From positions 1 to 47,953 of the forward strand of contig JBNGIO010001806.1 in the NCBI GenBank assembly GCA_049999805.1: DNA of 47,953 nt. The letters are read 5' to 3'. The first letter of the stretch is position 1; the number at the start of each line of letters is the position of its first letter. This document shows positions 25,645 to 36,210 of the stretch, piece after piece. The notes under the pieces were generated by a model. The model was not told the DNA's origin, ran no database searches, and was given only the letters and a program-made list of their open reading frames with translations. Source of the DNA: Folioceros fuciformis (Eukaryota). The position numbers and the translations under genes are program-made.

Positions 25645-26806
25645 ACTGCCTGTGTCTCAATATGAATGCTTCACTCGTGTAAAATCCTACGTGGCATGTC
25701 ACGCCCCGTCCATCCAAAGACCTCCATACACCTAAGGCTATCCAGCTCATATACTGTTTTGCCGCGACGCATTGCGCCATGCGCGTAAGCGCCCCTGGCA
25801 ATAGGACCGAGCGGGCTGAACGAAGCATACTCGATCCCGCCCGCGTCCGGTCGTCCCTCCACAAATTCCTCTTGAGCACGCCCGCATCCACTCACCCTTC
25901 AAGGGTCTGTCCACCTTCACTCCCGGCTCGTCTCTCCTGCCGTGCCTACGTCTCAATCTAGGCAGGTGGGAGCTAAGGGGGAGAAGGAGAGGATACCGGG
26001 GTGTGTTCGGATCAGGCGTGAAGGGTCGGCAGTGCCGGCTTTGGGCAGGGGAAGGAATTGGCGGAGAAAGGGTTTCAAGCTATTGAGGGAGGCCGAGATG
26101 CGGCCGGGAAGAGGAAGGATTTTAAGATCGCCTATGTTGCATGAATGTCTAGACTGCGAATTGGTTTCAGGAGAAGGTCTGAAATGTGCTGACAGTTTGG
26201 ACTGTCGATGAAGAATAGCCCAAGCAGTGCATGGAATGGAATGCAGCACGCTTGCTTTCGCAGGCAGAACTTGGGTGAAGCACGGTTGGCAAGGAGTAGT
26301 GGGTTTGCGTTTCAATTGAGAAAGCTCGATCGTTTGAACGAGTCTGGCAGGACTAACTACGAGCCCGTGCACCATTGCCTGATCTGAGTCGATATATGTA
26401 CATGATAGGAAATGTGGGTTACGCTTGGCATCTGTAGAGGAGTTTGAAACCTGATCTAAACGTGTAGAATTCTCGCTTCGATGGAACTGAAAACGCAAAC
26501 AAATGTGTTTGAAACCTGATCTGAACGTGTAGAATTCTCGCTTCAATGGAAGTGAAAACGCAAACAAACGTATATGAGTTATCCTCTCCCATCGAAAGCA
26601 CGGCAGCGCGGAGTGAGGAAATCGAAATCTCAGCCTTCTCCCCTGCTTCCTCAGCGGGTAGACATAAAACGAGGGCGGGCGGTTTTGCCGTCTGTGTGCG
26701 GCCTAGTCTTAGGCGTACAAAGTTCTTTGGATGGACAGGACATGACGTGCCACGTCCGATTTCACACGAGTGAAGCATTCGTCGCTTCGGATATGGAGAC
26801 GCAGCC
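25645..26806. repeat. Imperfect inverted repeat pair (arms about 25645-25740 and 26704-26806)
   Basis: The reverse complement of 25665-25740 aligns to 26704-26780, sharing ctttggatggac, tgccacgt and cacgagtgaagcattc. Confidence 0.8.
26442..26571. repeat. 65-bp direct tandem duplication
   Basis: Two copies of gtttgaaacctgatct(a/g)aacgtgtagaattctcgcttc...gaaaacgcaaacaaa. Confidence 0.9.
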
Positions 26807-27857
26807 GAACGAACCATCCAGGCTGCAACCCATCTCACGCGCCACACCCCGTGATGCTAGGGAATCCGGATCCAGGGACTAGGCTTGTGAGGAAACTGAT
26901 TGGAGGGCCCATCGGCCCGTGGACGTCAGAAGCGGACCATTCAGAGAGAGTGAGACAGACGCGGCTCGGACAAGAGCATGCTGCCTGCTCTGCTGCCGCT
27001 CCTGCTTGCTCCTGCCACCCTCCTGCTATGATGACATGAGATGAGAGAGCAAAAGGCATACGACTTCCACCCTCCAGGCACATGCACTCGTGACATGTGC
27101 GGTGTGGTTCTGCTTCCGCGCCTGCCACAGCCTACATACCTCCTGCCACCAGGAAGACAAAATTATTGAAGGCATGCTTGATTACATTTGATGACCACCA
27201 ACGGTCCCAAACCAGCCTTCAGGCATCCCAAGCAAAGTGTACACAATGTGTGGGGCAACAGTTAATGGCCCTGGCCCGATATGGAACAGTTTGTGGGCCA
27301 CAGTTTATCAACCTTTGCCTTAATTCGTTCGGGAATCGGAATCTGAAGAGGAGAAGTTCATTGTAGTCCACGGACTTGCTTTTCTTTGCCGCTCGTGAAC
27401 AGAAATTAGACTAATTTGGAACTGTTGTTGTTGGTGGTGGTGTTGTTAACAACTCGAGTTTAGGAGCTGGAGCTAGAGCTGGAACTGGAGCTGGAGGTTG
27501 AGCCTCCGGCTTTGCCACGTTTTTCTTCCCCAGTGCCGTTTCCCAGGTCCCTTCGCTTTTTGCCTCTGTCCAACTAGCGTATTCCTTCATACGTACATAC
27601 TTGATTGCTCATAAGAATCGGCACCAGGCGGGGCAGGCAGGAAGTATACAACAACGTGCCATATGAGCATCCAGTTGTAAGCAATCTCAGTCGGCTCGGC
27701 CTGGTTGCCCATAGTCAGCACACGTCCTCTAAGTCAGTGTGTGGCCATAGAGCACACAGCCTGAGCTCCACATAATCTGCGGGAGCACCTCCTCCCCCTG
27801 CTTCTTCTTCTTGTTTCTCGGGCAAACCGGCTCCGGGCAGAGTGAGAGCGGAATTGC

Positions 27858-29323
27858 ATGGCAGATCATTTCAAGCTGTGGAAGGCAGCGGATGTGGCCT
27901 TAGGCAAGCCCGCCGTTCCGCACTTTCCGCTCACCGCCTCGGTTGCGGATGCCATCAGGGCGCTCCAGCAGATCAGCGATGGCCGGATCAGCGTCTGGGA
28001 ATGCCGCGGCGCCGCTCACCTGCGGCGGCCACCGCCACTCAAAGTGAAGGATTATTCTGAAGCCGGAGCTACAGTAACTGCGCACGACGCCTGCAGGAAG
28101 TGGGAGGAGACCGAGGGGCCTCTCAGCCTCGGCCAGCACCAGTGTAGATGTGTGGGGATTCTAACCAAGGTGGACATTCTGTGCCATCTGGCCGAGGATT
28201 GGCAGCATCGAGATCGGGCCTTGCGCACCTGCGTGTCGGAATTGCTGCCTCCTTTCTCCTCCGCGGTGGCTCATGTTGATGGTAAATCCAGGTGAGTCGG
28301 TCACGATTTCGGTGCCTGTGTTGCTCTCTTGGCGTCGGAGAATGTTTGGACTCAAAACGTTGTGGTGACAAGTGTACTTGTGTTTGTGGATTTGGGTGAT
28401 TCGACAGATTGCTAGATGCGCTCTCTTCCATGGCGGATCTCGGGGCGCATCACCTGGTGCTGCGGATGGAGGAAAGCCGCCTCCACGCCAGAATAAGCTC
28501 CATTTTTCGCCACTCCTCCAAGCCTACTCGTGCTACGTCCGGCTCGTGCCAGCTCTACTGCTGTTTGACCCAGGAGGACGTTCTCCGCTTCCTGCTGGGA
28601 TTCATTACCCGGGTGGCCAACGCACCGCTGATGACAGTGGAGGAGCTGGGGATCATCGACACCAATTTCCAGAGGATCAGTGCCACGGCACCTGCGGTTT
28701 CGGTCCTGAACTTGATCAAGGCAGCCAGCCAGGAGATGACGTCCGTGGCGGTCGTGGAGGAGCTGTCTTACCCTGACTACCTGTCAGGGGAGGAGGTGAG
28801 CGGAGTGCGGCTCATGGGAGACCTGTCTGCCTTCTCCATGCGGAACTGCGACGAGACTGGAGCGGAGGCGCTTGCCACACTCTCTGTGAAGGAGTTTCTG
28901 GATTTTGCCGGAGGGGACTTGACAGCATTGCTGCGGGCGAGGAGGCAGATGTCAGGCGGCCACGGGCTCGCTTCTTCCCTTCCTGCAGGCTGGGAGGAAT
29001 CATCGTCGGAAGACGAGTCATCCGGGCTGCCGTCCCCAACAGGGCCTCTCCGGGTCTCGTTCGACAGGATACCCCATCGCCCATGGCAGCTCTTCTCCAC
29101 GCAGTCGGGAATCCAGGCTCGGGTTGCTCCCATTACCTGCCGCCCCCAGAGCACGCTGGTGGCAGTCATGGCTCAGGCTCTTGCCAACAGGGTGACCTAC
29201 TTGTGGGTGACAGATGATAACGACATGCTCATCGGCCTCGTCACTTTCAGAAGCATCATCGGAGTTCTGGTGCACAATCTGGAGACCCTGGAGTTCCTGG
29301 AGACTGAAGGAGGTACTGAATAA
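27858..29323 (+). CDS. CBSX5: CBS-domain protein, CBSX5-like, 2 exons
   Basis: Exons 27858-28291 and 28408-29323 (phase-2 GT-AG intron). Motifs DVALGKP, SVADAIRAL, CRCVGILTKVDILCHL, CCLTQEDVLRFLLG and TCRPQSTLVAVMAQALANRVTYLWV. Confidence 0.85.
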
Positions 29324-31523
29324 ATTGTTTGATGCCCAAGGTAAGTCTCGAGCCGGGCAAGGCAAGCATAGCTTGGAATTGGAACTTTAAGTTAGCCCCA
29401 AATGCTGTTCGTTGTATAGAGAGTGTTTGAGAATCCGGGAAAACGATGCAAGTTTGTAGCATTTGTGAGGGCCTGTGATGTCCCCGACAATGGGACTGAG
29501 GTCAGCAGCTGGAGACCGCTGCGATTTATTCTCTTTTGCACGTCTGTCTTCGTTTCGAAGGCACTGTGGAATCGAGATACAAGCATGGATGGTGAGTTCT
29601 TGTATTGTATTAACGGCAAGTAAATAAGGCTGGTAGCCAAAGCTTATACAGTACATCTGAGGCTACGACAGCCTTATCTATCTGTGTTGCTACTTTCCAT
29701 TTCAGTACTTCAATTTAAGCAGTCGCGCCGAGATTCCCCCGATTCCCTGGACTCCCAGACACCGCTGGAATCTCGGCTGCTTGGTGGTGAGTCACTTCAC
29801 CCACCAATAACCTGTCCTACCTTACCCCGCACCCGGAATGAGGTTCATCGAATTCTCAGGACGATGTGACCTCTGTAGACAAGGAAAAAACCCTCACTGA
29901 AATGGTGCAAGTAATTCGTGAACCAGAACGTTTTGAAACGATTCGGACGATACAGTCAGGCCCACACATACTCTCAGACTAACGTACTGTAACATAGCCG
30001 TGATAAAACCACAGCAAACTGACAAGTGGCATGGCGTCTCTGATAAATAGTGTTCATACTTCCACAATTGGAAACGGCCTAAGCTTGAAGAGCTTTTAAG
30101 GCGCACTGACCATGACCAAGACCTCCTGCATCCAGCTACCTGCTACGATCGACCATCCAGCAACGTCCTAACCTGGTAATTGCTCTACTCAAACCACCGC
30201 AAGGTAAGCGGACGGCCGCTACTGGAGGAGTCGGAGTCGAGACCAAGACTGCCTAGTGACTCCTGTCATTGAACGTTTTACTTGAATGACATGTCCCGCT
30301 CCTGCACGCAACATGGCAGCCACAACCAACTCGGCGGGTTAACGTCCGAATTCGATCATGTATCCGAGCCGCCAGACAGTTTCAGATGTTACTGCGCGGC
30401 GCATCCAGGAACAAGAAATAAGAGTAGAACCGGTCACCTAAATCTCACTGTGAGCAGGTCTGCATCAACTTGATTCACGTCAACCGAGAATTCGCTCAAG
30501 GTGTTGTAGGAAGCATTCTCGAAGGATGGATATGGCAAGCCAGCTTGGTACGCATCACCCTTGCAATACGTGATCCAATGCCGCCGCTCGTCAATGACAC
30601 AGCTCCAGCCAAGGCTCCTCATGACGGGCATCAACACCTTGTGATTCTTCACCTGAAAGCCATTGCACACAAATTGGAGACGAGCTTTTGACTTCTTGTG
30701 ACCGATCTTCAGGAAACTGAAGCACGCTAACTTATCCGTCAGGGCTCTCCACCGGCTTGTTTTCTGCCCCGTTCTTTTCCGAGGATCTCCAATCAAGGAC
30801 TCCTTTGCTCCATCGCTGTGTGACATAGTTCTTCACACCTTCATTTACACACATTCATCGATTCTCAGGGACACACACAGCGGGCACCTCCTGCGTGATC
30901 CTCTTCTTCCCATGTTTTGGACATCCTAACCAACCTTTCAAATTCTGTACCATTAGACACAGGTTTTAAACTCGGTACCTTCGTAATATTTTTAAAATTT
31001 GATGAAACATTGTTAGATATGCACGGCCTTTAATTGTACATCATCTATCTCTAAAGAGAAACTTATCTAACCTTTAAGAGAGGAGACACACAAGCGATGG
31101 CGAGGCCACGGCCTAAGGGACTAACTCCTGAAGCCATATTATTTTATAGTATATTAATATAAAAAACATATATGTTTTATATTCTCATGAACATTGAATG
31201 CCCTTTCTCCTTCTGTAGTATAACGCGAGGCGCTATTTGTCACTATAAAGTAATTGAAAGCACGAAACCTGTCATGTCATGTCTTTGTTTGCATCATGCT
31301 AAGCGCAAAGTCACTGTGGTGTCCATGATCTGAGCTCTATGGTGTCCATGATCTGAGCTCTAATAACAGAGTACCTGGGCGTAATGCATGCGGTTCCAGA
31401 TCACTGTAATCTCACTGCAGCGTAACCGTAATTGTTTGTATTCCAACTATATACACCACAAATACCTTGCGCGAGTTACTTGACAATGCCTTATATCTCA
31501 CAACGGGTATTAAGTTACATCGT

Positions 31524-31607
31524 GTGGTTGCTTGTGTTTTGAGAGGACTGCTATGGTTGCTTGTGTTTTGAGAGGACTACTATGGTTGCTTGTGTTTTGA
31601 GAGGACA
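31524..31607. repeat. 29-bp tandem repeat, about 3 copies, inside the MULE
   Basis: Units of tggttgcttgtgttttgagaggact(g/a)cta. Confidence 0.85.
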
Positions 31608-31649
31608 TCAAAGCAGTGTGCACTAAAAGCAAGCTTCGTAGTTCACGCT

Positions 31650-32110
31650 CCATAGTGCACGAAGAGGATTGATCTCCAAGCGGTGATCGCTCAGTTGGAA
31701 GAAGATGAACCTATGCAACTCGGTTATGTGCCGCTGCGCATTGTTGTTGAAGATTATGATGTAGGCTCACATTTGTATCAAGGGTGTGTTACTTGTTTCA
31801 CAGCAATCTCCCCAAATGGTTGGTGCAAAAAGTGTAAGGAAGTTGTAAGTGATAAGCTGCATTATCATTTATGACTGCTGTTTGTAGATTCAAGTTCCAA
31901 GACATGGGCAACCGCTTTCGCAGCTGGAAGGGATTTTATGAGGTTGACTCCAGAGGAGTTCAGTATGAGAAAAGTGAGAGGAAAAGCCTCAACTTTGCTT
32001 AGAAGGTTGCAAGGAAGGCATTTCTTTTGTCTCTTCTCCATTAAGAGAGCCACTTCTCACCACCCTACAAGCATTATTATTTTACGAGTTGATGCAGTGT
32101 ATGTTCAGGA
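31650..32110 (+). pseudogene. RPA70 C-terminal (DBD-C)-like OB-fold/zinc-ribbon ORF inside the MULE, with one in-frame stop
   Basis: HLYQGCVTCFTAISPNGWCKKCKEVVSDKLHYHL*LLFVDSSSKTWATAFAAGRDFMRLTPEEF. ORFs 31683 and 31938 are in the same frame across the TGA at 31872. Confidence 0.65.
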
Positions 32111-32464
32111 CTTGTTTCCAACCATTTTAGACTTAGGGAGCACAATAACTAGACCACACCTAGGAAAACCATGTTGTGCTAATAGCCCAAGAACACCAAG
32201 CATTGAAGGTCTGTCCTTAGGTGTCCTGGACACGATCATACCCACATCTTCTCATGCAAACATGAATTTACAACTAGCAAACAAGTCTTTGTTATTGTCT
32301 GCTCTTGTCATTTGCTCCTACTTATCCATAGTTAGGGCTATAGTGATAATGTCCCTCCCAACTACCACCCTTGCTACTATTTTTCTCATACTTTGCTTTG
32401 CAGGCATTGCATTGTGCTGGCTTTTGTAAGACTTCCCCACGTTTTGTATTTGAAAAACGAAAGA

Positions 32465-32720
32465 TATGGCTTAACTTGGAAGCACCTTTTGTCCATCCAT
32501 ATTATCACAAAAATGGTACATATATGTACACACATTCATGATTCCAACAAGCAATAATGAAAACTACCTAGTTCAATATACCAATGTCAAATCTATGGCT
32601 TAAAGTGGAAGCATATTTTTGTCTATCCATGTAATCACAAAATGGTATATGTACACATATTCATGATTCCAACAAGCAATAATGAAAACTACTTAGTACG
32701 ATATACCAATGCCAAATCTA
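32465..32720. repeat. About 128-bp tandem duplication inside the MULE
   Basis: Two copies of tatggcttaa..tggaagca..ttcatgattccaacaagcaataatgaaaactac..ataccaatg. Confidence 0.85.
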
Positions 32721-32749
32721 ACAGAAACTATGCTTCATGTGCGTCTATT

Positions 32750-34990
32750 CTAGCAGCTACACGCTCCATGCTTCAAGTGTGTCTCTTCCAGCAGCTACAC
32801 ACTCCATGAATGATCGCTCCTTTTTCTGCTTAGAAAGCTTCCAACTACTTTTCGTTTCCCAAAATGCAAGCTTTCTTTTTAAGCTGTTATCAGAATTGGT
32901 AGGATCAACCAAGATAGGAAGTGTAGACAACATGGTCTTCTGCTTCTGCTCTCAATACCTCTAGCTGCCTAATCAGTTGTTGAATAAAGCTGCTACATGT
33001 TGTTGCAAAAAAGGCAACTTTTGTAACATGGTTGTTAACTATTGGCACCAAGTTTCCATGTTTGGAGTCGCATCTACTAATTGGCCTATTATGTGTGTGC
33101 ATGAATGGTCCACTGTGTGTAAGAAGGTAGTTGTACCTTGCCTTGCAGCTACAACCCCTTTGTTATGACAAAGAAACTTCTTCTAGAAGTTTGTGCTTGC
33201 ATCTTCAGTAATCAACATGCCAAGTTGTCAATAGTGTGTTTGAGCTTGGGTAACCTTGGAGTACCTGGCAAGTGACTTGTGAGTGCGGACTACATTGTCC
33301 ATTGCCATCATGACCTTCAATTGGTGCTTGCACATGAAGCCTCTTGTCCCATGCTTGCATGTGCAATAACCTCATGGTGTTCCCGCACCACTCACTGTAT
33401 ACATGAACACGCTTCCATGATCCTGACTTCACACATAAGCAAGGCTAGGAGATACTATGTTTGGCAACAATATATCACTGTTTGCATGCACAAGGCCTTT
33501 TGAAAGGCGCTCTTTACTATTTTCTCCTGCTTTGAGTTCTTAAGCATGCCAGCTCCTTTACATTATGCCACATACTAAAAATGTTTGTTCACTTCCTCAA
33601 ACAAAATGTGCAAAACCCAGTCTAAACGTTGACTACGTAGGGTTTTTCTAGATAGCAAGCATCTGTACTTCAAATGCTTGTGGTATGCCTCAATAGCTGA
33701 GTTGCAATCTTGTTCAGCATGCAGCTGTACTTCAAATGCTTGTGGTATGCCTCAATAGCTGAGTTGCAATCTTGTTCAGCATGTGGCATTATACGCATAG
33801 CTTTAATCCACTGATGCATGTTATAACCGCACTGGTCCCTAAAGTACTTGACAAAGCTAGGAGTATGCTCACAAAAGGTGTCATAGAAGTGTACCAATTT
33901 TTCTCTACAGGCTTGCTTCACATCAACACTCTCATTAAAGTCCATATGCATAATGTCACCCAAGCACTTCACAATGGCCAGTCTTATGTGGGGTTGCTTT
34001 ACTTTTTCAGCAGCTGCAGTAACTAGGCTCTTCTAACATGTCATAAGCATAAAAAGATGTGCACATATGTTCCAAACACAAGCTTGGATGACATTGATTT
34101 GTGCCATACAATCATCTATAAGAAAAGTAGTGGGCTGCGATGTAGACTAATGTTGTACCATCTTCTCATGCAAGCAATGCAACCACTGTGAAATAGCATA
34201 TGATCTAGCCTTACTTGTGACAACCCAAGCCACAAGAATGCCATTGAAGTGGTCATCAAATACCAAAACTGTGAAGAGCTAGAACTTCCATTTGTTAGTG
34301 CCAAATGTGACATCCATAGCAATGATTGAGTTGTGACCCTAATGGAGCATTGTCTACATTTGAAAATCACTCTGGATGCCTAGCACGAAGTTTGTGGCAT
34401 GGTCTTCTGTTCCTAGTAGTGGATAAAATATTTCAGATCTATAACTGAACACTCACCTCATCTCGTGCATGAAAACGTCTCACCCTGGCATCAAGTTCAG
34501 CTTGTACATTCCTAATGTCATTAGGAAGCACTGCTTGTGGATCACCTTGCTTTCATAACAAAACATTAGACTCATGATCTGAAAGGCTGATGTCTTGCAC
34601 AACAACTTGTACTTCACCCATTCCTTTTTGGCCACAAATAAGTAAGGAGCCTGAGTGCAATTTGGACTTGAGCTGATGGTAAGCACTTCATGACAACATT
34701 GCCTTGTGGAATGGATGTGGTATGTTTCATGTAATCGTAATTCCGCTACATCAAGGAACATTTCAAGTTGGCTAAGAAACACCAAAAATTGGCATCCACG
34801 CTTCTTACTCTCCCCACACATCACCTTAGAGCGCCTACTAGCAGCACCTGTCTCGGTTTGTTAATGAGATCAGCACAAATCTGATTCCATGAAATTGTAT
34901 ATTCGAGAACCAAAGGCACAACAAAATTTCATGTAGTGGCAAGGAGTGGTTGGAGAGATTGCATGTTGCCTGATGCTTGACCATGTCCAC
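32750..34990 (-). pseudogene. MULE transposase remnant (N-terminal C/H motif, DDE core, SWIM finger)
   Basis: ESKKRGCQF..HETYH, IAMDVTFGTNKWKF*LFTVLVFDDHFNGILVAWVVTS, FVKYFRDQ, DCNSAIEAYHKHLK and RGFMCKHQLKV; many stops and frameshifts. Confidence 0.85.
33664..33783. repeat. 62-bp tandem duplication frameshifting the transposase just after the catalytic E motif
   Basis: Two copies of tgtacttcaaatgcttgtggtatgcctcaatagctgagttgcaatcttgttcagcatg. Confidence 0.9.
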
Positions 34991-35071
34991 ACGTTCACCC
35001 TTACCAACTTCTTTGAAAAGGATTTTCCTCCCAAGCGATGAAATTTGCATATCTTTCCTATGGAATGTAAC

Positions 35072-35191
35072 AAGTTTTGACGGGACTAACTTTCTTCTTG
35101 AATGTGTGCACAAGTTTTGACGGGACTAACTTTCTTCTTGACTATGTGCACAAGTTTTGACGGGACTAACTTTCTTCTTGAATGTGTGCAC
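35072..35191. repeat. 40-bp tandem repeat, 3 copies
   Basis: Units of aagttttgacgggactaactttcttcttgaatgtgtgcac. Confidence 0.9.
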
Positions 35192-36210
35192 AGCATCTTG
35201 CCATTTCAGGGTTTTCTTTGAGAAAGGTCCTGGGCAAGGAGTCTGAACAATGAAAGGGCACGTTTGTGGCTGAACGAGAACATCTGCATTTCTACACCCA
35301 ACTTCCATCATGATCTTTGGAATCTAGAGACAACCCACTTAATTGTGCACGCCGCTTGGGTGTGCACGTTGCTTCAGACGCAGTTCGGAATAGCAACATG
35401 CACGGCATGCCTTGCATTTGTGGCTTAGAACATTTGAAAGGTTGTTGCGGTGTCTCCTCTTCAAATTTCCGCACCGTTGATGTATACAGCTAGAACATAA
35501 ACAGTTACGGTTACGCTGCAGTGAGATTACAATGATCCGGAACGGCATGCATTACGGCCATGCAGTCTGTTATTACAGCTCAGATTATGGACACGGTGAC
35601 TTTAGCATGACGCAAACAAAGACATGACCGTGACGACCTGGCGCTTCGGGTTTCGTGCCTTCAATTACTTTGTAGTGACGAATAGCGCCTGGAGTGGTGA
35701 CAGCGACAATCGTCCTTTGTCCTTGCCCTCGCTCCTTTTGTGTGGGTCTAGCAACCAATGTCCTTTGTCCTTGTCCTTTCTCCTTTATTTCGTGTCCGTA
35801 TAAAAATGGATTGCTCTGTCTTTGCCCTTTCTCCTTTTGTGTGCACATACGTACGTAGCTCCTTAGCCAACGAGTGCCTCTTCTCCTTCGGCGGGACAGA
35901 AAAATTTGAGGTCCAGCCGACGTACACGGACCCAACCTTAGCTCCATTCGTTATCACACCTTCGGTGCAAATGCCATTCGTCAAACCCTAGAACCCAGCC
36001 TTAGTTCCATTCGTTAACAATTGGTCTAAGTGCCAATCGTTAAACCCTAAACCCTTGGCGTCGTTCTAGAGATTCGAGATTGGTTCATTCTGGAACTTCC
36101 AATCCCTGTAGCATACATGAATTACGAATGCCTCGATACAGCTCCCAAATGAGGGGAAAAGCAGAAAATGTTAAGAACAATCCAGAGCAGTCGGCCATTC
36201 ATCAACCCGG

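Larger units (their letters stand above)
31228..35690 (-). mobile_element. Decayed Mutator-like element (MULE) with about 210-230 bp terminal inverted repeats
   Basis: 31228-31459 is the reverse complement of 35479-35690 (aggcgctatt..gtaattgaa..gcacgaaacc..gtaatctcactgcagcgtaaccgtaa). A transposase remnant lies between them. No TSD found. Confidence 0.88.

Noticed and set aside
35072-35191. Short direct-repeat arrays (also 4151, 23188, 31524, 45986) as CRISPR arrays
   Set aside because: The units are head-to-tail with no unique spacers, there are no cas genes, and the context is eukaryotic.
31215-35700. 9-bp target-site duplication for the MULE
   Set aside because: The flanks (tataacgcg and ggagtggtg) do not match, so the exact termini remain uncertain.
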